A stretch of 32,000 nucleotides of DNA from Opitutales bacterium (GTDB taxonomy: Bacteria > Verrucomicrobiota > Verrucomicrobiia > Opitutales > UBA9783): NCBI GenBank assembly GCA_046881885.1, contig JBKSMP010000028.1, positions 1-32,000 of the forward strand. Reading direction: 5' to 3'. Below, piece after piece: positions 9,140 through 16,372 of this stretch. Numbering within the stretch: position 1 is the first letter of the stretch; the number at the start of each line of letters is the position of its first letter. The notes below the pieces were generated by a model that searched no databases, was not told where the DNA came from, and was given only the letters and a program-made list of their open reading frames with translations. The translations under genes and the position numbers were made by a program.

Positions 9140-10132
9140 TTATAAGCTATGTTTTAACTTCAACTCAAAGATCTGGCGCATATTGCTTGCTGCACCTTTA
9201 AGTAATTGATCACCTACCAACCATAAGCTCAAGGTTTTGGGATGGGTAGGATCCAGGCGTAAACGTCCTATATGGCACAACGAATTTCCAGAAGCATCTT
9301 GCGTATCTGGATAGGTATGTTTATAAAATCGAAGGCCTGGTGCATTTTGTAATATCTGTTGAGCTTCAATAAGTGAAAAATCTTGTTTAAACGTAGCAGT
9401 CAAATGCATCGAATGACAACGTAATACAGGTACACGGACACAGGTGGCAAAAATCTTCAAGTTTGGATTGTGTAAGATCTTACGACTTTCTTTACAGATT
9501 TTTTCTTCCTCTTCGGTTTGATCCTCTGTAACAAAACTTCCGATTTGTGGAATCACATTAAAGGCCAAATTTCTTGGAAAAACTTGAGGAGACAATACTT
9601 TTTCGCCACTCAAATAAGCGTTCGATTGCTGTAACAATTCTTCTAATCCCTTCTGTCCCATTCCTGAAGCTGCTTGATAACTACACACCGAAAAGGATTC
9701 CAAAGACCATTGACGATCTAACGGTGCTAAGGCCATTAAGGCTAAAGTTGTCGTACAATTAGGGCTGGACACGCATCGATCTGTTAGTTTTAAGTCTTCA
9801 GGATTAATTTCAGGAATAATAAGCGAAACATCCGGATTTTGGCGAAAAACACTGCTGCCATCAATAACAAATGTACTTTTATCCAAAAGCTTTGGAATCC
9901 ATTCCTCGGAAACAGAAGCAGGTGTTGCAAAGAAACATACGTCCAATGGCGTTTTTAATAAATCTGTAATGGGCTTCAAATTCCACTTTTTCCCATCTGC
10001 TTCTAGGGTTTTTACAGGAGTGTTTTCAGAGCAAAATAAATAAAAAATGGGTTCATTGCCGAACCTTTCCAAAAGTTCAGTTAATAACGCTCGGCCAACC
10101 AGCCCACTTGCCCCTACAATTCCAACTTTCAT
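9140..10132 (-). CDS. asd: Aspartate-semialdehyde dehydrogenase
   Basis: 330 aa. The N-terminal Rossmann motif is MKVGIVGASGLVGRALL. The active-site Cys context is SSPNCTTTLALMAL. Conserved QAASGMG and RVPVLRCHS segments are present. Confidence 0.93.
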   Translation of the reverse strand: MKVGIVGASGLVGRALLTELLERFGNEPIFYLFCSENTPVKTLEADGKKWNLKPITDLLKTPLDVCFFATPASVSEEWIPKLLDKSTFVIDGSSVFRQNPDVSLIIPEINPEDLKLTDRCVSSPNCTTTLALMALAPLDRQWSLESFSVCSYQAASGMGQKGLEELLQQSNAYLSGEKVLSPQVFPRNLAFNVIPQIGSFVTEDQTEEEEKICKESRKILHNPNLKIFATCVRVPVLRCHSMHLTATFKQDFSLIEAQQILQNAPGLRFYKHTYPDTQDASGNSLCHIGRLRLDPTHPKTLSLWLVGDQLLKGAASNMRQIFELKLKHSL

Positions 10133-10146
10133 AAAACAATTTTAAG

Positions 10147-11079
10147 TTAAGCAATCTTTTTGTAAAAGCCAATACAAGATTCTGAAAAATTTCCTAAGGG
10201 ATGCTTACGCGTTCCGTACAAGGATCCATAATAGATCGTAAATGGGTATCCTTCTTTAAAACCTAATCGTTTTAATAAAGCCCTAGATGGCTCATTTTTA
10301 CAGGCAACACGATCTGAAAAAAGCGCCTGACACTGTGTCTGTGGCAGTAAGCGCTCCACACATTCTATCGTCCGGGTCAATAAGCCACAATTGCGATATT
10401 GAGGTAAGAGGTTATAAGATACATTACCTACCCATTGATCAGGTTGTCTTAGTTCTTCTGCTAAAAGCTGGTAGGTTTGTAGAGAAAACATAATAAAATT
10501 AAAGATTTTTTCAGGAATTAACACTTCACCTATCTTGGCTTCAAATTCCCTCAAACGATCTTCTTTAAAATGACTTTCCAGCCATTTACGCAAATCTTCA
10601 GGTTCTTTTTTAGACAAATTTAAATAAAGCGGCTCGGTAAAAAGAGGATTCCATTCTGCAAATAATTTCGTGTCAAAAATATCTGCTATCGTCTTCAATT
10701 TGTACGAATCGATCTGGAAGAACGCTATAGGTTGTTTGCCGTCCAATAAAAGAAATGTATGAAAGTAACGATGATGAGCACAAAAAGAAACGTTTTTGGT
10801 AATAATCGGCATTTTTTCTTCTTTAAAAAGCTCCAAATCGTTATAATCTTCGGGAGCGCTTCCATAGGAATACAGCATAGATGCTAATAAGGGTTCATCT
10901 TCCGGTCGTGCAAGTCGCAACTGAATAGATGTATGATCTAAAGTCGTATTTAAAGAATTTAAAACTGCGGTTTCTGCTTCCGTTATTTGTGTACACATCC
11001 CTTGGGTAAAAGGAAAACATGCAGGATAGTCGCATGCAAACGTTTCTGAACTATAAAATAGCAACCGCTCATCCATCAT
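10147..11079 (-). CDS. GNAT-family N-acetyltransferase-like protein (RimJ/RimL-like core with a large internal insertion)
   Basis: 310 aa. The GNAT beta1/alpha1-like start is IQLRLARPEDEPLLASML. The acetyl-CoA motif A-like segment is LLPQYRNCGLLTRTIECVERLL. The RimJ/L-type C-terminal signature is VACKNEPSRALLKRLGFKEG. About 90 aa (DSYKLKTI...ELRQPDQ) are inserted between the N- and C-terminal halves. The assignment is by eye only. Confidence 0.55.
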   Translation of the reverse strand: MMDERLLFYSSETFACDYPACFPFTQGMCTQITEAETAVLNSLNTTLDHTSIQLRLARPEDEPLLASMLYSYGSAPEDYNDLELFKEEKMPIITKNVSFCAHHRYFHTFLLLDGKQPIAFFQIDSYKLKTIADIFDTKLFAEWNPLFTEPLYLNLSKKEPEDLRKWLESHFKEDRLREFEAKIGEVLIPEKIFNFIMFSLQTYQLLAEELRQPDQWVGNVSYNLLPQYRNCGLLTRTIECVERLLPQTQCQALFSDRVACKNEPSRALLKRLGFKEGYPFTIYYGSLYGTRKHPLGNFSESCIGFYKKIA

Positions 11080-11080
11080 C

Positions 11081-11482
11081 CTACCCTTGCAATAACATAA
11101 TACGAAATTCTTCTAACAGTCCTGCGCTAATGGTTTCAGCTTGAAGGACACGAATTGCATCTTGATAAATCGGTTTTACAACGGCCCGTTTTTCATGCTT
11201 TTTAAGCTCTTGCAAGTAATTTATAAGATCATTCAATTTACCTTGATATTCCATTGGCGTCATATTGGTAAATGTCTGCATTTTAGGTTTTAAAACATCT
11301 GCCACTTCACTACCCAAGGTCTTAACATTCAATATACGAACCAAACGATCATCTATAGATGCTGGCTTAGCAAGTGTTATATTTTTTTGTATACAATTTT
11401 GCGAAAACTCTTCCGCAATCGTAATTTTGGATACGCCTGTATTCATATCCATAAACTTCTTTTTCCAATCAGCTAGGCCCAT
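11081..11482 (-). CDS. Hypothetical protein (133 aa), translationally coupled to the GNAT-like gene
   Basis: The stop TAG at 11081-11083 lies 1 nt before the GNAT ATG at 11079. The protein looks helical and has no recognised motif. Confidence 0.6.
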   Translation of the reverse strand: MGLADWKKKFMDMNTGVSKITIAEEFSQNCIQKNITLAKPASIDDRLVRILNVKTLGSEVADVLKPKMQTFTNMTPMEYQGKLNDLINYLQELKKHEKRAVVKPIYQDAIRVLQAETISAGLLEEFRIMLLQG

Positions 11483-11836
11483 TCTGTTATTATGAACTGT
11501 TTCTTATCCAAAGACAAGTATAATATTTGCATTGCTGTAAGTGCAACCTGGAAGGTGAAGGATTGCGAAAAACAGAAAGAGATGCGAGAGATGGTGTTTT
11601 TTAGTGTTAAAAGTAATGAGAAATACGACACAATTATAGCTACAAGGCTTGAGACCAGAAAGTTTTGTTTTGTAGAATGTTTAACCGAAAAACCTGATAA
11701 AATATTTTAATTTACATAAATCAGATTGTTCAGTTTGGGGTAAATTTTAAATATTGTTAAGAGGGGATACGTTGGCATTGCACTAAATTGATAGTGCTTT
11801 AATCTGAACTTTCTTAATTAGCATACAATATGAAGT

Positions 11837-12697
11837 TTACAATTGGTTAGCTTGGGCGAAACGCATTTCCCAATAGTTACGGAAATCTTCTTTAGAAATG
11901 TTTTCTGGGCAATACTGATGGGCTCCCAAAAACTCGATTCCAATAAATTTGGTTGTAGGAAATTCTTTTCTAAGGCTTTTGGCAACATCCTGCAGGTTTT
12001 TAGCGCGATCATCGATTAGCACAATACATTTAGGAGTCCAATTGATTTTTCTTAAAAAGGTACAAAGTACAGTTCCTTTTGTTGTGGTACCATTCTCACT
12101 ATTAGAACAAAGAACGCCTTTGTAAAAACACGGATACTGTGAACGATAAGACGGACATTCCGTTAAGGCAAAGTCTTCATCCTTAAACTGGCCTTCAAAG
12201 CAGATGTTTTTTTCTTTTAGCTGCTCATAGCGTAATTGCTCTAGGCGCTTAAAATGGAGTATGGGTCCCGTAAAGGTTGCCGTAAAGGCTATGGTTTTAA
12301 TGCCCTTTAAAGCTTTTAAAAGGTCATAAACATGGCTGTCTACTAAACGCTGTTCGTGTAAGAAAGAATAAACAAAAGGTAAGGTTTTATCGAGATGCGA
12401 ATAAGGTTTTTCAATGTTACGATACGTCTTTATATACTTTCTTACATTAGGAATAAAAAAGGCCGGATGGTCGGGTTGCAAAAGCGTTAAATCGATATCT
12501 AAAGCACACAAAACATCTTCCTTAGCAAAAGGTGCAATTCTTTTTTCAACATAAGCATGAACATCTTGCATGCTTTTTAATGTCTTGCTGACACCTAACT
12601 TTTTTATTTTGAACAAAGATAACACCGCTACCCAGATTCCTACAATTACGATTAAATGTTTAATAACTTCTTTAAAGTTTCCATGAATCTTTATCAT
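11837..12697 (-). CDS. Membrane-anchored HAD-superfamily hydrolase-like protein
   Basis: 286 aa with an N-terminal TM segment (HLIVIVGIWVAVLSLF). HAD motif I DxDxT is in LCALDIDLTLL. The motif II-like segment is IAFTATFTG. The motif IV-like acidic pair is VLIDDRAKN. Size and pattern remind me of DUF2608-type proteins, but that is recollection and is not verified. Confidence 0.55.
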   Translation of the reverse strand: MIKIHGNFKEVIKHLIVIVGIWVAVLSLFKIKKLGVSKTLKSMQDVHAYVEKRIAPFAKEDVLCALDIDLTLLQPDHPAFFIPNVRKYIKTYRNIEKPYSHLDKTLPFVYSFLHEQRLVDSHVYDLLKALKGIKTIAFTATFTGPILHFKRLEQLRYEQLKEKNICFEGQFKDEDFALTECPSYRSQYPCFYKGVLCSNSENGTTTKGTVLCTFLRKINWTPKCIVLIDDRAKNLQDVAKSLRKEFPTTKFIGIEFLGAHQYCPENISKEDFRNYWEMRFAQANQL

Positions 12698-12711
12698 TTG
12701 GCAAGATTATT

Positions 12712-13821
12712 TTAATGCTGAAGTGTTTTTCTTATGAGTTTGTAGCCAATACCTTGAAAGAGGATGTTCGGGAACCATACGAGTAGATCAGGACGCAAAT
12801 AAGGTTTGGACTCCAACCATGAAATTGCCATAACGATAAAATAGAAACTAAGCGCAAGTGCAACCGCTAAAACAATGTTTGCAGAGGTTTCTGCGCGGCT
12901 TAATTTGATACCTAGCGGTATTGCGATTAAAATCAGCGACAATATGGCAAATGACATAACAGCGTTTTTCTGAATTTCCAGATTTATAATGATTTTGTTA
13001 GGTCCTTTAGCCTGACGACGTTGTTCCAGCAGCTCAGAAAGCGTCATGTAGCCCAAACGTTTTACAAAGGTACCGCTTCCTAACAAACTATTTAAGGGTA
13101 GAGAAACGGCAGTGTTTTCGAAAACAATCGGTTGGGTTTCAACGTGACCATTGGCTTGAGTCGTATGTTTTTCCCCCATACCATGCATCAAGGTTAAAAT
13201 AATACTGTTTTGCTTTTCATCATAACGCAAAAAACCTTTCTCGGAATGCAAAAAAATATTAATGCCAGATTTCTGTCTTCCGTCAAATTCCCAAAGCCAG
13301 CATTGGTCGACCCAATCATTCTTCTTATCTTGAATATAGAACATATAACCAGGGAAATCTTTTACAAAAGTGCCGGCTTGAATAAATTGAAGCGGTTTTT
13401 GACGAATGATATTGCTTAAAGCCGATCGATAATAGGTAATCGAATTAGGACCCCAGTGAAAATTAACATATAAACTGAAAATGGTTCCTAACGAAGCGAT
13501 ACAAATAAGCGGAGCAATAATCGTATATAAACTTAAGCCAGAAGCCTTCATCGCAACCAATTCGTTTTGAGAAGATAAGCGACCTAATACCAGTAAAGTA
13601 GCTGTCAACATCCCAAGCGGTAAGGCATAGGCGATCATTGACGGAATTAAATGAAACAAGGTATTGAAGAAAAAAGACCAAGCAATTTTCCCGCTAGCCA
13701 ATAAAGGCAAAACCTCTTTAAGCGCATTTCCTACAATTAGCACAAACACAAATAAGGCAATCGTGTAGAAAGATGCGAAAAAAAACTGCTTCAATAAATA
13801 CCTCTGCAGTGTATTTAACAT
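12712..13821 (-). CDS. LPS export ABC transporter permease, LptF/LptG (YjgP/YjgQ) family
   Basis: 369 aa. The family-typical N-terminus is LQRYLLKQFFFASFYTIALFVFVLIVGN. It has three N-terminal TM segments, a central periplasmic beta-jellyroll-sized domain and three C-terminal TM segments. The conserved segment is ELVAMKASGLSLYTI. I cannot tell LptF from LptG, and no partner permease is adjacent. Confidence 0.85.
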   Translation of the reverse strand: MLNTLQRYLLKQFFFASFYTIALFVFVLIVGNALKEVLPLLASGKIAWSFFFNTLFHLIPSMIAYALPLGMLTATLLVLGRLSSQNELVAMKASGLSLYTIIAPLICIASLGTIFSLYVNFHWGPNSITYYRSALSNIIRQKPLQFIQAGTFVKDFPGYMFYIQDKKNDWVDQCWLWEFDGRQKSGINIFLHSEKGFLRYDEKQNSIILTLMHGMGEKHTTQANGHVETQPIVFENTAVSLPLNSLLGSGTFVKRLGYMTLSELLEQRRQAKGPNKIIINLEIQKNAVMSFAILSLILIAIPLGIKLSRAETSANIVLAVALALSFYFIVMAISWLESKPYLRPDLLVWFPNILFQGIGYKLIRKTLQH

Positions 13822-13866
13822 ATCATTAGTTGTAACAGATTCTTAAAACTTGTAGAGCAAATTTTA

Positions 13867-14433
13867 TTAAAATTTACTTTTTAAAATCAACTCTGCGAAT
13901 TTTTCAACCGGAAAACCCACCACATTGCTTTCTGAACCGGAAATACGTGCAAAGGTTTGTGTCAAAGGATCTTGGATTGCGTAAGCGCCAGATTTGTCTA
14001 AAGGATGGACGGATTTAGAGTATTCGTCAATAAAAGCGTCGCTTAAAGGTTTGAAATAAACGAAGGTTTTATCGAAAAAGGTTTTCAAAAATTGTTCGGC
14101 TTTGCAAGCGACACTAACCCCCGTAATAACCGTATGTTGCTTGCCTGCCAGTTGTTGCAACATGTGTTTTGCCTCCAGTATGTCCTTAGGTTTGTAAAAA
14201 ATTTTCCCTTCTAAGGTAACAATCGTATCTGCACCAATAACATAGGCCTTAGGATATAAATCTGTAACATGCTCAGCTTTTTTCTGTGCATTATTTTGGG
14301 CAACGATCTCTGGTTGTGGATGAAAGTCAACATTGACTTCTTCTACATCGGCGCTTGCACAGCTAAACGAAAGTCCTAATGAAGCTAGTAGCTCCTTTCT
14401 GCGCGGAGAATTTGATGCTAAAATCCAATCCAT
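13867..14433 (-). CDS. maf: Maf-like nucleoside triphosphate pyrophosphatase
   Basis: I moved the start to the internal ATG at 14433 (MDWILASNSPRRKELL, the family N-terminus). This removes the 71-nt overlap with sufU in the track ORF and leaves a 4-nt gap. GADTIV and GAYAIQ motifs are present. Confidence 0.9.
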   Translation of the reverse strand: MDWILASNSPRRKELLASLGLSFSCASADVEEVNVDFHPQPEIVAQNNAQKKAEHVTDLYPKAYVIGADTIVTLEGKIFYKPKDILEAKHMLQQLAGKQHTVITGVSVACKAEQFLKTFFDKTFVYFKPLSDAFIDEYSKSVHPLDKSGAYAIQDPLTQTFARISGSESNVVGFPVEKFAELILKSKF

Positions 14434-14437
14434 TGCA

Positions 14438-14911
14438 TTAACAATGACAGCAACAATTACCGGAACATGAACCGTGATGACAACAGGCCTGTTTCCCTTC
14501 AAGTGCATTTAGAAAGGTATGCCAAGCTAAGGTTGCACACTTAAGCCTTGCAGGAAACTTCCTTACACCTAATAAGGCTTCCATTTCGCCTAAATTGCTT
14601 GGAATGGCTTGCTTTTCATCATTAAGCAATTGAATAAAAACCTGCGACTTTTCTTGTGCTTCTTCAATCGATAACCCCTTTAATGCTTCTGTCATTAAAG
14701 ATGCGGACGCTTTGCAAATCGCACATCCTTCACCTTGAAAGCTTATTTTTTCTATTTTTCCATCGTTTATAACGACAAATATCGAAATTTCATCTCCACA
14801 AAGAGGGTTATGGCCATGTGCCTGGTGTGTTGCGTCCGGTAAAATTTCAAAATTATTAGGATGCTCATTGTGGGAGAGCAAAACTTCTTGATAAATTTCC
14901 TCTAAACTCAT
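14438..14911 (-). CDS. sufU: SufU-type Fe-S cluster assembly sulfur-transfer/scaffold protein with a Cys/His-rich C-terminal tail
   Basis: The start at 14911 (MSLEEIYQEVLL) forms an ATGA overlap with the sufS stop. SufU ligand motifs are NPLCGDE, GEGCAICKASAS and RLKCATLAW. The SufU-type insertion sits between the 2nd and 3rd Cys. The extra tail is KQACCHHGSCSGNCCCHC. Confidence 0.85.
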   Translation of the reverse strand: MSLEEIYQEVLLSHNEHPNNFEILPDATHQAHGHNPLCGDEISIFVVINDGKIEKISFQGEGCAICKASASLMTEALKGLSIEEAQEKSQVFIQLLNDEKQAIPSNLGEMEALLGVRKFPARLKCATLAWHTFLNALEGKQACCHHGSCSGNCCCHC

Positions 14912-16152
14912 AATTTGAAAATCTTTAAAACGTGTTCTAAGGCTTTGACTAATTGATCGACTTCTTCGCAAGTATTATACAAGCCAAAAGAAGCTCTTAC
15001 CACACCACCTTTACAATTTAACCGTTGCATCAAAGGCTGGCAGCAATGATAACCTGCACGAAGTGCAATATTGTCGTGATTAACAATGGTGGCAACGTCA
15101 TGTGGATGGACGCCATCAATAAGAAAAGGCACAACCGCTACCCGTTTTTGAGGATTTCCAATGACCCGAACATGAGGAACAGCCTGTAAAGCTTTTTCGG
15201 CATAACGCACCACTTTATCCTCATAAGCCGTTAGTTCTTTCCATGCAAACTGCTGCAAATAATCAATAGCTGCTCCCATTCCAATAATATCTGCAACAGG
15301 CGGTGTTCCCGCTTCAAACCGACTTGGAATTCCGGCTGGTGTAAACGAATCAATAAAAACGGTTTCCATCATCGTTCCGCCACCATGATAGGGAGGAAGT
15401 TCTTCTAAGATGGAACGTTTTCCATAAAAAAAGCCAGATCCCATAGGGCCATACATTTTGTGGCCTGAACCTACAAGAAAATCGCAATCCAATTCTTTAA
15501 CACAAATGGGAATATGAGCTAAGGTTTGTGCACCATCCACAAGAACAAAGGTACCATTGGCGTGGGCTTTAGCGATTATTTCCTTTAAGGGAGGAACGGT
15601 ACCTAAAACGTTAGAAACATGGGTTATCGCTAATAATTTTGTTTTAGGCGTTAACAATTCATCCAGTTGATCAAGATCGACGTCGCCATTTGGTAAAATA
15701 CGCAAACCTTTAACGCGAATACCTCTCTTCTGTTGTTGTAATTGCCAAGGAATGATGTTGGAATGATGTTCTAACTCCGAAACAATAACTTCATCTCCTG
15801 CTTTTAAGTAACGTTGACCAAAGATTTCTGCAACACAATTAATGGCTTCCGTGGCACCTCGTGTAAACACAATTTCCTCCTTAAACTCTGCGCCAATAAA
15901 TTGTGCCAAGTTTTCGCGTGTCTTTTCATAAGCTTCTGTGGATAATTTTCCCCAATCGTAAAAGCTTCTGTGAACGTTCGAATTTTTATTGAGGTAAAAG
16001 TCATTTAACGTATCAATAACACTCTGAGGTTTTTGCGTAGTAGCTGAATTGTCCAAATAAACAACGGGTTGCCCTTTTGCATTACAATAGGTTAAAGCCG
16101 GAAAATCATTCCGAATTTGTGTTATATCAATCGCTCTTTTTGAAATTAACAT
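14908..16152 (-). CDS. sufS: Cysteine desulfurase, SufS/CsdA class II
   Basis: 414 aa. The PLP-lysine context is GSGHKMYGPMG. The class II active-site loop is RAGYHCCQPL. The N-terminal start DFPAL...VYLDNSATTQKP is typical of the family. Confidence 0.93.
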   Translation of the reverse strand: MLISKRAIDITQIRNDFPALTYCNAKGQPVVYLDNSATTQKPQSVIDTLNDFYLNKNSNVHRSFYDWGKLSTEAYEKTRENLAQFIGAEFKEEIVFTRGATEAINCVAEIFGQRYLKAGDEVIVSELEHHSNIIPWQLQQQKRGIRVKGLRILPNGDVDLDQLDELLTPKTKLLAITHVSNVLGTVPPLKEIIAKAHANGTFVLVDGAQTLAHIPICVKELDCDFLVGSGHKMYGPMGSGFFYGKRSILEELPPYHGGGTMMETVFIDSFTPAGIPSRFEAGTPPVADIIGMGAAIDYLQQFAWKELTAYEDKVVRYAEKALQAVPHVRVIGNPQKRVAVVPFLIDGVHPHDVATIVNHDNIALRAGYHCCQPLMQRLNCKGGVVRASFGLYNTCEEVDQLVKALEHVLKIFKL

Positions 16153-16174
16153 TTACCTTAGCCCTCAATCACAG

Positions 16175-16248
16175 TGGCTGCCCGGCAAGGATTCGAACCT
16201 CGACAAAATGAACCAAAATCACTTGTGCTACCATTACACCACCGGGCA
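16175..16248 (-). tRNA. tRNA-Gln (anticodon UUG), CCA encoded
   Basis: Reverse-complement fold. The acceptor TGCCCGG/CCGGGCA has U1:A72 and the discriminator is G, as in bacterial tRNA-Gln. D arm is GTGT-AATGGTA-GCAC. Anticodon stem AGTGA/TCATT carries loop TTTTGGT (anticodon TTG). T arm is CGAGG-TTCGAAT-CCTTG, then CCA. Length 74 nt. It ends 22 nt upstream of the sufS start. Confidence 0.92.
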
Positions 16249-16321
16249 ATCATTAAAAACACAACACTTATTAATCAATACCTTTGAGTCTTTACCGTCA
16301 AGCCTATTTTGAGTTTTATTC

Positions 16322-16352
16322 ATAAAAATAAAAAAGGCCACTTTTGTGACCT
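16322..16352 (-). terminator. Rho-independent terminator downstream of the 602-aa orphan gene
   Basis: On the minus strand the sequence is AGGTCAC-AAAA-GTGGCCT, a 7-bp stem with one G:U pair. It is followed directly by TTTTTTATTTTTAT. It lies ~20 nt after the stop at 16373. Confidence 0.75.
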
Positions 16353-16372
16353 TTTGTAGATAGAAAAATTTG

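Noticed and set aside
10147-11482. A GNAT-type toxin-antitoxin module (TacT/AtaT-like toxin with an upstream antitoxin).
   Set aside because: Known GNAT toxins are compact, roughly half this size, and pair with RHH/DUF1778 antitoxins. Here the GNAT-like protein is 310 aa with a large insertion, and the 133-aa partner shows no RHH-like N-terminus. The pair also appears fused into the asd transcription unit.
13867-14971. The 71-nt maf/sufU overlap and 64-nt sufU/sufS overlap implied by the longest ORFs (14438-14508 and 14908-14971).
   Set aside because: Internal ATGs at 14433 (MDWILASNSPRR) and 14911 (MSLEEIYQ) reproduce the family N-termini. They give a 4-nt gap and an ATGA overlap respectively, so the long forms are ORF-caller artefacts.
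15937-15945. A perfect DnaA-box 9-mer, TGTGGATAA.
   Set aside because: It is a single copy inside the sufS coding region. One chance 9-mer match in 32 kb on two strands is not surprising, and there are no neighbouring boxes.
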